Below are positions 17,406 to 26,478 of a stretch of DNA of 64,000 nucleotides, one piece after another (within the stretch, counting starts at the first letter, position 1; each line of letters begins with the position of its first letter). The DNA is from Dehalococcoidia bacterium (GTDB lineage: Bacteria > Chloroflexota > Dehalococcoidia > Lucifugimonadales > UBA3495). The position numbers and the translations under genes were made by a program. The stretch is from assembly GCA_965204905.1 (NCBI GenBank), contig OZ242042.1, positions 1,282,778 to 1,346,777 of the forward strand, written 5' to 3'. A model generated the notes under the pieces. That model saw only the letters and a program-made list of their open reading frames with translations. It was not told the origin of the DNA and did no database searches.

Positions 17406-18464
17406 ATGAAACTGCGCATTGATAATCCATTCGCCGGCCTCGGTGCATCGACTATATCCCGGCTGGCTGTCTTTCTTGGAGTAATAGCGTGCGGCGCAGT
17501 AGCCGCCGGCTGCTTCGTCGGCCAGTGGTTCGGTGGAGGGGATCTGCCGCAAATCGCCTATATCTCTTCCGACGGGCAGCAAACCCAGGCGTGGATCAGC
17601 GAACCCGGCGGGGATGATCCCGTCAGCATTTCTCCTCCCAACGCTGTCGCTAAGTTCATTCGCTGGTCCCCGGAACAACGTTACGTCGCTTGGGTAGCCG
17701 GCGGAGATGTCGCGCTGTTGATGCTGTACGATGTCGAAACGAAAGAAACTCAGTTACTGGTTTCCGGTGTGGACGAATCCCAGCCCCCGGTCTGGGCGCC
17801 GGAAGCCGACCGCATTGCCTACGTGTCCGACGCTGCGGACTCTCCGGACATATACATGGTGGAGTTGGCAACCGGCGAACAAACCCGGCTCACCTTCAGC
17901 GATGAAAGGGAAAAGGTCGGAAGCTGGTCCCCGGACGGTCAATGGCTGGTCTTCACCCAGGAAGGTCGCAAGGGACTTTTGCTGCGCAATCCTACAGGTG
18001 TAAACCTCATCGAACTGACCGACAGCGAGGACGGCAATCCGGTGTGGTCGCCTAAGGGAGACCGTATCGCCTTTTTGCGCGATACCGATGATGGGCGGGA
18101 TATCTACGTTCTCCGTCCCACTAAAGACGATTGGGCCGACGACACCGACGAGTTGGCGGTCGCTGACACTGAGTATGACGAAACCGATCCCTCTTGGTCG
18201 GCGGACGGCCGCCGGCTGGCCTTCGTAGTCAATTTCGATGACCAATCCGAGATATTCACCGTCTTGGTGGACGGCTCCGAACGGAAGCAACTAACCTACA
18301 ACACCGCCGACGATCTGATGCCGGATTGGTCTCAATCCGGAGATAAAATCGTGTTTGTATCTTTCGCGTATGGCAACTCCGAGATTCTGTACATGAACCG
18401 CGATGGCACGGAACAAACGCGATTGACTACCAACGAAGGCACGGATACTCAGCCGGATTGGTAG
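17406..18464 (+). CDS. TolB-like periplasmic beta-propeller (PD40/WD40-like repeat) protein
   Basis: 352-aa ORF with a signal-anchor, then repeated units such as SPDGQWLVF, SPKGDRIAFL, SADGRRLAFV, SQSGDKIVFVS. Confidence 0.75.
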   Translation: MKLRIDNPFAGLGASTISRLAVFLGVIACGAVAAGCFVGQWFGGGDLPQIAYISSDGQQTQAWISEPGGDDPVSISPPNAVAKFIRWSPEQRYVAWVAGGDVALLMLYDVETKETQLLVSGVDESQPPVWAPEADRIAYVSDAADSPDIYMVELATGEQTRLTFSDEREKVGSWSPDGQWLVFTQEGRKGLLLRNPTGVNLIELTDSEDGNPVWSPKGDRIAFLRDTDDGRDIYVLRPTKDDWADDTDELAVADTEYDETDPSWSADGRRLAFVVNFDDQSEIFTVLVDGSERKQLTYNTADDLMPDWSQSGDKIVFVSFAYGNSEILYMNRDGTEQTRLTTNEGTDTQPDW

Positions 18465-18501
18465 CGGATACCTCTCGCTGACCACTGCGCGCCCGACTTC
18501 T

Positions 18502-19119
18502 TTGATGCTCACGCCTGCCCCAGATATTGACCCTGCCGATTGCGGGCCCATGCTCGCGGGGTTGAGCGCTCCTTTGGCGGCTGTGTCAGTCCGTTCAGGC
18601 GACATCGTAAATGCGCAGATCGCGGTGGCAATCACCGCCGCATCTATCGTTATTCAGCGCCCCCGGTTGATCGTTCAGATCTACCATACCAATTACACGC
18701 ATGATCTCATCGCCGCCAGCGGAGTTCTCGCCGTCAACTTCCTGAACCAGGGACAACTGCCGCTGATCTGGGAGTTGGGGATGCGGTCAGGGCGTGATTC
18801 CGATAAGCTCGAGGATGTTCCGTACACAACCGGAGTAACCGGCAGTCCTCTGCTGGAAGGTTGTTTTGGCTATCTCGACTGCAGCGTCGTTAACGCCATG
18901 GATGGTGGCGATATGACTGCGTTCCTGGTGGAAGCGCTGCTGGCCGAAACCATTGGTGGAGAACGCATGACGTGGCGGGATGCGCGCCCGCGACTGCCTC
19001 AGCGATGGGCTGAAGAGTGGGACCGCAAAATCGCGGGCGAAATGGACGTTTCGTTGGCGAACATGGGCCAGATTGACCCAGCGGCGTGGGCCAGCCTGAC
19101 CAGTACCCTGCCCCGCTAG
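18502..19119 (+). CDS. flavin reductase-like (FMN-binding split-barrel) protein
   Basis: 205-aa ORF. SGVLAVNFL...SGRDSDKL...SPLLEGCFGYLDCSVV matches the Flavin_Reduct domain pattern. Confidence 0.7.
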   Translation: MMLTPAPDIDPADCGPMLAGLSAPLAAVSVRSGDIVNAQIAVAITAASIVIQRPRLIVQIYHTNYTHDLIAASGVLAVNFLNQGQLPLIWELGMRSGRDSDKLEDVPYTTGVTGSPLLEGCFGYLDCSVVNAMDGGDMTAFLVEALLAETIGGERMTWRDARPRLPQRWAEEWDRKIAGEMDVSLANMGQIDPAAWASLTSTLPR

Positions 19120-19167
19120 GGATGCTACAATTGTGATGCCGTTGGCCGGCCCTTTTCGGATTTCATA

Positions 19168-20337
19168 ATGAGCAATCACTCTGTTGACACAGTTATGGAC
19201 GACGCTATTGCCGGTGTCGTGGCGCGCATTCACGATACGCCGGAACAATCCGTTCTGGCCGTTGCGGGGGCCGGCAACTATGCCATTGCCTGGTTGCTCG
19301 GCGTTGGCGGCGCGTCGCGCACTGTTTTGGAAACTCGAGTGCCCTACGGGTACCTTGCCATGACCGATTTTCTTGGCGGGTATGCCCCTGACCAGACCGT
19401 CTCGGCCGATACCGCCCGCCGCATGGCCCGCTCCGCCTGGAAGCGAGGACTGGCCTTGCGGGAGTACGATGCGCCCATCGTCGGTTTGGGCTGCACCGCG
19501 ACCATCGCCACTGACCGCACCAAGCGCGGCGACCACCGAGCCTTCATTGCCACTTGGGACGACGCCGGCATCGTAACCGATGCTGTGATCCTGGAAAAAG
19601 GTCTGCGAGACCGGGCCGGCGAAGAAGACGTCGTAAGCCGGTTGGTAATCGCCGCTTTAGCCCGTGCGTGTGGCATTGACGCAGAAATTGACCTCCGCTT
19701 GGCGCCCGGAGAAAGCGTGTCCACGCAGAGGAGCGCCCATGCGGGTTCCATCCAACAGCTATTAGACGGTGAAGTCGAATGGGTGACTGTACGTCCCGAT
19801 GGCAGCATAGGCGCGGAGGACGAACCGCCTGTCGCCTTGCTGCCCGGTTCGTTCAACCCACTGCATCGCGGACACAAGGAGTTGGCTTCGGCTGCGTCCC
19901 AGGCATTAGGCGTTCCGGTATCCTACGAGCTATCGGTGGTCAACGTGGATAAGCCACCGCTGGAATTGGCTGAGGTTCAACGCCGGGTGGCCCAGTTCCA
20001 AGATGCTGGTACGGTGGTGTTGACCAGGGCTGAAACCTTCCACAAAAAAGCGCAACTTTTCCCGGGTTGCAGGTTCATACTAGGTTGGGACACCGCTGCT
20101 CGGTTGATCCAACCCCGATACTACGATGACTCTGAGTCGGCAATGCTTACCGCGCTGGCGGAAATGTGGGGTTTGGGCTGCCGGTTTTCCGTGGCTGGCA
20201 GAGTAGATGGTGCGGGCGTGTTTCGCACACTGGCAGACGTAAACCTGCCCACAGGTTTCCACCCCCTGTTCTCAGACATACCGGAAAGCGCCTTCCGGTC
20301 AGACTTATCATCCACCGCCATCCGCGACGCTGGGTAA
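19168..20337 (+). CDS. fusion protein: CinA/PncC-like (NMN deamidase fold) domain + NadD-like nucleotidyltransferase domain
   Basis: The N-terminus (VLAVAGAGNYAIAWLLGVGGASRTVLETRVPYGY...IVGLGCTATIATD) resembles the CinA C-terminal domain. The C-terminus has GSFNPLHRGH (HxGH) and LSSTAIR (ISSTxxR) motifs of NaMN/NMN adenylyltransferases. Confidence 0.6.
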   Translation: MSNHSVDTVMDDAIAGVVARIHDTPEQSVLAVAGAGNYAIAWLLGVGGASRTVLETRVPYGYLAMTDFLGGYAPDQTVSADTARRMARSAWKRGLALREYDAPIVGLGCTATIATDRTKRGDHRAFIATWDDAGIVTDAVILEKGLRDRAGEEDVVSRLVIAALARACGIDAEIDLRLAPGESVSTQRSAHAGSIQQLLDGEVEWVTVRPDGSIGAEDEPPVALLPGSFNPLHRGHKELASAASQALGVPVSYELSVVNVDKPPLELAEVQRRVAQFQDAGTVVLTRAETFHKKAQLFPGCRFILGWDTAARLIQPRYYDDSESAMLTALAEMWGLGCRFSVAGRVDGAGVFRTLADVNLPTGFHPLFSDIPESAFRSDLSSTAIRDAG

Positions 20338-20346
20338 CCGGGTGAT

Positions 20347-20375
20347 TTGACACCCTAAACGGGCGTTGGTAGGAT
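20347..20375 (+). promoter_or_regulatory. sigma70-like promoter of the nuo operon
   Basis: TTGACA (20347-20352), 17 nt, TAGGAT (20370-20375), 36 nt upstream of the nuoA ATG. Confidence 0.55.
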
Positions 20376-20411
20376 TTCGCCGTTTGAGCCTCCATTTCTG
20401 TACGGCCTAGA

Positions 20412-20834
20412 ATGTTGATCCCGACAAACATCCCAATCCTCCAGGCCTTCAACCCGACCGCCTACGCGGGCAACTGGTTGGCGGTGGTTATAGCCGTCCT
20501 TATTGCTCTGGCCGCTATTGGGGCTATGTTCGCGGGATCACAGCTTCTTTCTGCCCGGCGGCGTTCCGCTGAGAAACTGACCACCTATGAATGTGGAATT
20601 CCCCCCACTCCGTTCGCTTGGTCCAACATCAATATCCGTTTTTACATCTTTGCTATCCTGTTCCTCATATTTGACGTGGAGGCGGTGTTCCTGTTCCCGT
20701 GGGCGGTGGTGTTCATTAAGGAACAGGCAGCCGGCAACCCGATTCCGTTCTACGCCATGATCCTCTTCCTGGCGATGTTGTTCTTCGCGGTGATCTACGG
20801 GTGGCGCAAGGGGGTGCTCGATTGGCAGAAGTGA
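20412..20834 (+). CDS. nuoA: NADH-quinone oxidoreductase subunit A
   Basis: 140-aa ORF. YECGIPP...[23 protein letters not shown]. Confidence 0.93.
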   Translation: MLIPTNIPILQAFNPTAYAGNWLAVVIAVLIALAAIGAMFAGSQLLSARRRSAEKLTTYECGIPPTPFAWSNINIRFYIFAILFLIFDVEAVFLFPWAVVFIKEQAAGNPIPFYAMILFLAMLFFAVIYGWRKGVLDWQK

Positions 20835-21424
20835 CTTCACAGTCTGGCGAGACCCCATCGCCGTTGGCTCTGCCGCCGCAGCCAACCGAGATTATCCTCG
20901 GCTCCGGCAACCGACCCGGTCCCAGCCTGCTCAATCAGGCCGCCGAGGGACGAGTGCCCGGTGTTATCACTACCACCACAGAACAGCTATTTGCCATGGC
21001 GCGCAAATCATCCCTGTGGACGCTAAGCTTTGGGTTGGCCTGCTGCGCTATCGAGATGATCTCCACCTACATGGCGCACCACGACTTTGACCGTTTTGGC
21101 GTGGTAACCTGGCCCTCTCCTCGCCAATCTGATGTGATGATCGTGGCCGGTACTGTGGTCAAGAAGATGGCCGAGCCCATTCGCCTGCTGTACGAACAGA
21201 TGCCGGAACCGAAATGGGTGATCGCCATGGGCAGTTGCGCCACCAACGGCGGCCCCTACTACCGTTCCTACTCGGTGGTGATGGGCGTGGATCACATAAT
21301 TCCGGTGGACGTGTACGTGCCGGGGTGCCCGCCGCGTCCCGAGGCTTTACTGTACGGCATCCTCAAACTCCAGGAAAAGATCATGGCCGACGCAGGAGAT
21401 CGCAGTGCCTCGACCGAGACGTAA
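20831..21424 (+). CDS. nuoB: NADH-quinone oxidoreductase subunit B
   Basis: [36 protein letters not shown]. The GTG at 20831 overlaps the nuoA stop (GTGA). The track form starts at 20801. Confidence 0.9.
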   Translation: MTSQSGETPSPLALPPQPTEIILGSGNRPGPSLLNQAAEGRVPGVITTTTEQLFAMARKSSLWTLSFGLACCAIEMISTYMAHHDFDRFGVVTWPSPRQSDVMIVAGTVVKKMAEPIRLLYEQMPEPKWVIAMGSCATNGGPYYRSYSVVMGVDHIIPVDVYVPGCPPRPEALLYGILKLQEKIMADAGDRSASTET

Positions 21425-21935
21425 CGCTCCTGACACCGAAGCGGAACCACCTCCCGATCCCGTCGAACTCTTGTCGGCGGACCGACGTGCTACTCTCGAC
21501 CACGCCATGCGCGTTTTGGGTGCCTGGGCGCCTGCTCCCGGCGCCCTCAGCGATTTGCCCCAGGTCACCGTTCCTGCCGATTCTATAGAGTCGGTTTGTC
21601 AGGCTTGTCGGGAGGATCCTGAACTGGACTCTCAGATGCTCCATTGCCTGGCGTGCGTGGATTATCAGGAACGGTTTGAGTTGGTGTACTTCCTGCAATC
21701 GCTAGCACGAGAGTGCTCGTTGGTCATCAAAACCTCGGTGCCCTATGATGCTCCCGAGTTGCCGTCGGTCTCCGCCGTCTGGCCCGCTGCAGATTGGTAC
21801 GAACGGGAAGCTCACGACCTGTTCGGAGTTTCCTTCGTAGGCAACCCTGATCTCTCTCCGTTGCTGCTCTACCCGGAGTTTGAAGGTTTCCCGGGCCGGA
21901 AAGAGTACGACTTTTACGACTACCGGGAGTTTTAG
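21405..21935 (+). CDS. nuoC: NADH-quinone oxidoreductase subunit C
   Basis: 176-aa [27 protein letters not shown] and EGFPGRKEY are typical of the 30-kDa subunit. Confidence 0.9.
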   Translation: MPRPRRNAPDTEAEPPPDPVELLSADRRATLDHAMRVLGAWAPAPGALSDLPQVTVPADSIESVCQACREDPELDSQMLHCLACVDYQERFELVYFLQSLARECSLVIKTSVPYDAPELPSVSAVWPAADWYEREAHDLFGVSFVGNPDLSPLLLYPEFEGFPGRKEYDFYDYREF

Positions 21936-21936
21936 T

Positions 21937-22239
21937 TTGACCGTGGCCAGCGAAAATAACTCCGAGCAGGCGGATGTACCTGTACAGTTAACGGCCCGTG
22001 TAGCGCGCGACGGCCATCGTTTCATCGCCACCGTGGACGGCCTTGACTTGGAGGGCAAAGGCAACACCCCTGATGCCGCCCAGGAGTCCCTGGTGCAGAC
22101 GATGCGCAGTTGGCTTGAGCGACTCGACACCACAGGCAAGTTGGGCGATGCTCTTGGGGTTGACGGTTTGAGCGAAGATACCGAAATCGTCTTGCACTTT
22201 GCCGCCGGTAACGAAGAGAATCGGGCGGCTTCCCAATAG
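21937..22239 (+). CDS. HicB-like / UPF0150-fold small protein (no HicA partner)
   Basis: TTG start 1 nt after the nuoC stop, GGGAG SD. ARVARDGHRFIATVDGLDLEGKGNTPDAAQESLVQTMRSWLE follows the HicB N-domain pattern (x-DG-x-F-x-A-x-V-P-x-L-x-G-x-G-x-T-x-EEA-x-YLE). Confidence 0.5.
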   Translation: MTVASENNSEQADVPVQLTARVARDGHRFIATVDGLDLEGKGNTPDAAQESLVQTMRSWLERLDTTGKLGDALGVDGLSEDTEIVLHFAAGNEENRAASQ

Positions 22240-22242
22240 GCC

Positions 22243-22533
22243 ATGGATCGCATCGTGTACCAAATTGAAGAGTCGCGGGCCGGGTTGGGCTGGTCAGCCC
22301 ATTGTCCTGAACTTGAAGTGTCCGCTTTTGGGGACAGTCGCGACGAGGCCCGAATCGCGCTGCGCCGTCAAGTGGGTGATTATCTGGAGGATTGCGAAGA
22401 ATTGGGCATACTGGAGGATACGTTGATTGAGGCCGGGTTCTACGATAACGGAGAGGTGTGGATGAGCAGTCTGGTGGAACCACCCGAGCCAAGCATCAGA
22501 TTCATCGGCTCCCCTTTCCCTACCGGCGAATAA
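22243..22533 (+). CDS. HicB-like / UPF0150-fold small protein
   Basis: IVYQIEESRAGLGWSAHCPELEVSAFGDSRDEARIALRRQVGDYLEDCEELG matches the HicB-family pattern. Starts 3 nt after the previous stop. Confidence 0.55.
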   Translation: MDRIVYQIEESRAGLGWSAHCPELEVSAFGDSRDEARIALRRQVGDYLEDCEELGILEDTLIEAGFYDNGEVWMSSLVEPPEPSIRFIGSPFPTGE

Positions 22534-22567
22534 CGTATTCCTGAACTCTGCCCGGTTACCTGTTCTC

Positions 22568-23713
22568 ATGCTTGAACCAACTACTGCACAAGGAGCGCTC
22601 GCTGAACGCGCTGATGCGCAGCCGGTGGAGATGCTGCTCAACATGGGCCCGCAGCATCCCTCAACCCACGGCGTATTCCGGATGGTCCTATGGGTGGACG
22701 GCGAAAAGGTCGTGGATGTGGAACCCCATATCGGGTACCTCCACCGGGGATCAGAGAAACTCTGTGAGGGCGAACAGTACCACCAGATCGTCACCCTGTT
22801 CGACCGGATGGACTACATCGGAAACTTCAACAACGAACTGGCTTATTGCATGGCCGTAGAGAAGTTGATGGGTTTGGAAGTCCCCGAACGCGCCGAGTAC
22901 ATCCGCGTCATTCTGTGTGAGCTGAACCGTGTCGCCAGCCACCTGCTCTACGTTGGCACCATGGGGCTGGACGCCGGCGCTATGACCCCCGTGATGTTTT
23001 CCTTCCGGGGGCGGGAACGGGTCCAGGCTCTATTTGAAGCGGTGTCCGGCGCGCGAATGATGCACAACTACTTCCGCATCGGTGGATTGAAGGAAGACGT
23101 GCCCGACAATTTCGTTGAGTTGATGAACGAGCTGATGCCAATTCTCCGGGAGGACGTTGAACAGAGCGATCGGATTCTAACCTTCAACGAAATTTTCCTG
23201 TCCCGGCTCAAGGACGTCAGCCCGATCACGGCCGACGAGGCCATCGCGTTCGGTTTGACCGGGCCGATGCTGCGCGCTTGCGGCTACGAATACGACGTGC
23301 GTAAGGCGCAGCCCTATTCCGTCTATGATCGCTTCGACTTCGAGGTTCCGGTTGGACTGGACGGCGACTGCTGGGATCGGCATTGGGTGCGGGTCCAAGA
23401 GATGTACCAGTCGTTGCGGATAGTGGAACAGGCTATGGAACAACTTCCGGAGGGTCCCGTAGCATCGCCTTTGGGTCGGCGTCTCATCCGCCCGCCGGCC
23501 GGGGAATCTTACATCCGCGCCGAAAATCCCCGTGGTGAAATCGGGGTCTATCTCGTAAGCGATGGCACCGACAAGCCCTACCGCCTCAAGGTGCGGCCCC
23601 CGTCGTTCTGCAATTTATCCGCCCTGCGCCGCCTGCTGGTCGATACCTGGCTGGCCGACAGTGTAGTTGTGCTGGGTTCGCTGGACATCGTGCTCGGCGA
23701 GGTTGACCGGTGA
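22568..23713 (+). CDS. nuoD: NADH-quinone oxidoreductase subunit D
   Basis: 381-aa ORF. NMGPQHPSTHGVFR, HIGYLHRGSEKL, C-terminal LGSLDIVLGEVDR. Confidence 0.95.
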   Translation: MLEPTTAQGALAERADAQPVEMLLNMGPQHPSTHGVFRMVLWVDGEKVVDVEPHIGYLHRGSEKLCEGEQYHQIVTLFDRMDYIGNFNNELAYCMAVEKLMGLEVPERAEYIRVILCELNRVASHLLYVGTMGLDAGAMTPVMFSFRGRERVQALFEAVSGARMMHNYFRIGGLKEDVPDNFVELMNELMPILREDVEQSDRILTFNEIFLSRLKDVSPITADEAIAFGLTGPMLRACGYEYDVRKAQPYSVYDRFDFEVPVGLDGDCWDRHWVRVQEMYQSLRIVEQAMEQLPEGPVASPLGRRLIRPPAGESYIRAENPRGEIGVYLVSDGTDKPYRLKVRPPSFCNLSALRRLLVDTWLADSVVVLGSLDIVLGEVDR

Positions 23714-24822
23714 GTTTCCTGATCAGCATCGGTTGGAGCGCGCTCGGCTTGGCGGTCATGTTCGCCGTGCTGTCGGTGGTGGTGCTCTCGATGGTTTGGC
23801 TTGAGAGAAAGGCGCTGGGCCGGCTCCAGCTACGCTACGGCCCGACCCGCACCGGAAAGTTCGGCCTGCTCCAGCCCATCGCCGATGCCATCAAGCTGAT
23901 CGTCAAAGAGGACATAATCCCCAACGATTCGGAAAAAGCCATATTCTGGGTCGCGCCGGTCATTGTGGTGGTGTCCGCCTTCGTCATTTGGGTGACCATA
24001 CCCGGCGGCGACGGGGTGGTCATCAAGAACCTGCCCCTCGGTCTGTTCTATATCATCGCGTTTGCAGTGATCGGCATCCTGGGCCTGGTATTGGCGGGTT
24101 GGGGATCGGCCAACAAGTACGGCATCATGGGCGGATTGCGGTCTGCGGCCCAGTTGATTTCCTACGAGATCCCGGTTGTCCTGGTGGCGGCTGCGGTTGC
24201 AATCCTCGCCCAATCGCTTGATATGCGGGAAATCGTCGCAGCCCAGACTTCTTACCCGTACCTTGTGGTGCTGCCCCTGGGCCTGGTGATCTTTTTCATC
24301 GCCGGTTTGGCAGAGGTTGGGCGGACGCCGTTCGACATCTATCACGCCGAGAGCGAGGTCGTGGGCGGCCCGTTCGTGGAGTATAGCGGCGCGCACTGGT
24401 CGGTGTTCTTCCTGGCCGAATACATCAACACTTTCGCCATTGCCGCACTGACGGCGCTGCTGTTCCTGGGCGGTTGGGGCGGCCCTGCCTTGCCCGACGT
24501 GGTGTGGTTCCTGTTCAAGACTTACGCGGTGGTGCTGGTCGTATTCTGGGTGCGCGGCACGTTCCCACGCCTCCGCATCGACCAACTGATGGCTTTCGCC
24601 TGGAAAGTGATGGTTCCCCTGTCCTTCTACACCGTCATTATCGCCGCCGTTTACCGTTTCTATGGTCTGCCGTGGTGGAGCCTGACCATCCTCTCGCTGG
24701 CTGGCCTAGCGGTGGCGGGCTGGATCATCTACCGTCGCATGACGGCGCCGGCTCGGCGGGTAATCCAGATACGGGAACGTCTGGCGGCACAGCAGCGCGC
24801 TGCGCGGTCGTCAAGCACGTGA
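23710..24822 (+). CDS. nuoH: NADH-quinone oxidoreductase subunit H
   Basis: 370-aa polytopic ORF. ERKALGRLQLRYGPTRTGKFGLLQPIADAIKL, EVGRTPFD, EYSG. Confidence 0.95.
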   Translation: MSFLISIGWSALGLAVMFAVLSVVVLSMVWLERKALGRLQLRYGPTRTGKFGLLQPIADAIKLIVKEDIIPNDSEKAIFWVAPVIVVVSAFVIWVTIPGGDGVVIKNLPLGLFYIIAFAVIGILGLVLAGWGSANKYGIMGGLRSAAQLISYEIPVVLVAAAVAILAQSLDMREIVAAQTSYPYLVVLPLGLVIFFIAGLAEVGRTPFDIYHAESEVVGGPFVEYSGAHWSVFFLAEYINTFAIAALTALLFLGGWGGPALPDVVWFLFKTYAVVLVVFWVRGTFPRLRIDQLMAFAWKVMVPLSFYTVIIAAVYRFYGLPWWSLTILSLAGLAVAGWIIYRRMTAPARRVIQIRERLAAQQRAARSSST

Positions 24823-24869
24823 ACGATGATACTGGTATGATATTGGCAGATTGTTGAGACGCCGAAGCC

Positions 24870-25457
24870 ATGACTACCCAAACGCGCAAAATTACCGTGG
24901 ATGAGTTCTGGGAGATGGCCGCCGACCCCGGCCATCGCTACGAACTGGTCGATGGAGAACTGGTTGACATGGATGGCGCTCCCAGACACGGCAGGATGAC
25001 AGGCCACATATTCGTATTGGTTAACAGCCACATTACGCTGAACGATTTGCCGCTGGACGCTGGTGTCACTACGGGTTTCCAGATGGACCCTTATACCTTG
25101 AGAGTCCCGGATGTTCATGTCACCCGGTGGGACCGGATGGCAGAATATGACGAGGATGCTGGCGGCTGGCCTCGATTCGCGCCCGATGTGGCGATTGAAG
25201 TGGTGTCCCCCAGCAACACGCCGGCTGAGCTGGCCCGCAAAACCGAGGAATATTTCGCCAACGGGGCGCAGGCCGTTTGGATTGCTGACCCGGTTCCCCG
25301 TACCGTGGCGATCCGCCGCCCCGTTGCGCCGGAGCAGGTTTTCGGCGTTGGTGATGTCTTGACCGGCGAACCGGAAATACCCGGATTTACTTGTGATGTC
25401 GCCGAAATTTTCGCTATCCTGGACCGGATGCCAAAGCCCGGCGCAGAAGGTAACTGA
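24870..25457 (+). CDS. Uma2-family (DUF820) PD-(D/E)xK nuclease-fold protein embedded in the nuo operon
   Basis: ITVDEFWEM...YELVDGELV...VPDVHV...APDVAIEVVSPSN...KTEEYFANGAQAVWIAD...IPGFTCDVAEIF. Lies 47 nt after nuoH and 2 nt before nuoI. Confidence 0.8.
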   Translation: MTTQTRKITVDEFWEMAADPGHRYELVDGELVDMDGAPRHGRMTGHIFVLVNSHITLNDLPLDAGVTTGFQMDPYTLRVPDVHVTRWDRMAEYDEDAGGWPRFAPDVAIEVVSPSNTPAELARKTEEYFANGAQAVWIADPVPRTVAIRRPVAPEQVFGVGDVLTGEPEIPGFTCDVAEIFAILDRMPKPGAEGN

Positions 25458-25459
25458 CC

Positions 25460-25999
25460 ATGCTGGAAAGCCTGAAAGGAATGATGCTCACGTTGGCGTC
25501 CACGGTCACCGGTTTCCGCCGGCCGGTGACTCAGCAGTACCCGACGCAGCCCACGCCGGTCAAGCCGCGCTTTATGGGCTTTCCGGCGCTGACGTGGGAC
25601 GGCAACGTGAGCGAGCCCTACTGCACCGGCTGCATGGTTTGCATTCGCAACTGCCCCACGCAGTGCATGTCGGCCAGCATGATGGACAACCCCAAACACG
25701 CCGACGGGGACAGCAGCCGGCGCAAGATCGTCGATTACTTTGAAATCAACCTCAACCGTTGTATATTGTGCGGAATTTGCGTCGAGTACTGCAATTTCGA
25801 CGCAATCGTGATGAGCCATGAGCACGAGATGAGCACTTACGCTCGCAACGGGGATCGAGTGGATCTGCCTGCGTTGCTGGAAATCGGCAAGAAATACCAG
25901 GACGCTACCGACTGGATTCCCCCAACCGTGTTAGCCAAACAGAAAGCCGATGCCGCCAAAGCCGCTTCGGGGGAACCTGCTGAGGAGTCCGACGGCTAA
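25460..25999 (+). CDS. nuoI: NADH-quinone oxidoreductase subunit I (2x[4Fe-4S] ferredoxin)
   Basis: CTGCMVCIRNCP and CILCGICVEYCNFDAI cluster motifs. Confidence 0.93.
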   Translation: MLESLKGMMLTLASTVTGFRRPVTQQYPTQPTPVKPRFMGFPALTWDGNVSEPYCTGCMVCIRNCPTQCMSASMMDNPKHADGDSSRRKIVDYFEINLNRCILCGICVEYCNFDAIVMSHEHEMSTYARNGDRVDLPALLEIGKKYQDATDWIPPTVLAKQKADAAKAASGEPAEESDG

Positions 26000-26031
26000 G
26001 CCGCTGCCCTACCCGCCCACCGAGGATCAAA

Positions 26032-26337
26032 GTGCCCAGAGAAGACGAACGTTACCGTAACCTGTCGCCCCGGCACCCGCAGTACTGCACCTGCGTCGAG
26101 TGCGTGGAGAAGAGGCTGCAGGGGAAGGACGATGGCCCGGTGGCGCGCGTCGGTGGATTGGTCGGCAAAATCGCCGGCAAGGCTGCCAAAGCGGGCAAGA
26201 TTGGCAAGGGCAAGAAACGCGGCAAGTCCGGAGGTTCCGGCAAAGCGCGTGGCCGCTCGCGCGCTGTGGGCGAACCGGTTCGCAAGCATAAAGCCGATTG
26301 CGAATGCGCAACCTGTACGCTCCTGAAGTCCATCTAA
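26032..26337 (+). CDS. hypothetical small basic protein with two CxCxxC motifs
   Basis: GTG start with a GAGGA SD. CTCVEC at the N-terminus, CECATC at the C-terminus, and a Lys/Gly/Arg-rich centre. No family recognised. Confidence 0.45.
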   Translation: MPREDERYRNLSPRHPQYCTCVECVEKRLQGKDDGPVARVGGLVGKIAGKAAKAGKIGKGKKRGKSGGSGKARGRSRAVGEPVRKHKADCECATCTLLKSI

Positions 26338-26458
26338 CCGTCTGAGCCGCGAATCCGTTCTGGTTCTCCCGCCTATCCAGCAATGCCGAAACTGTATTCA
26401 ACGCCACAGCACCGGAGCCGCCGACGGGGCGGCTCATACTTTGGCATCGCGTTTCTGG

Positions 26459-26478
26459 ATTCCCGCTTTCGCGGGAAT
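26459..26478. repeat. ATTCCCGC-TTTC-GCGGGAAT palindromic element
   Basis: Perfect 8-bp stem with GGATTCCC...GGGAATGACGG flanks as in the other copies. Lies between the small Cys protein and nuoJ. Confidence 0.8.

Noticed and set aside
20801-20830. Longer nuoB start at 20801 and the 20-nt nuoB/nuoC overlap as possible frameshift signals
   Set aside because: Small overlaps and GTGA/ATGA junctions are common throughout this window (translational coupling). Nothing indicates recoding.
14479-25457. Uma2 genes as evidence for a mobile element or genomic island
   Set aside because: No transposase, integrase, terminal inverted repeats or target duplications are visible around any copy. I report them as a curiosity, not as a mobile_element feature.
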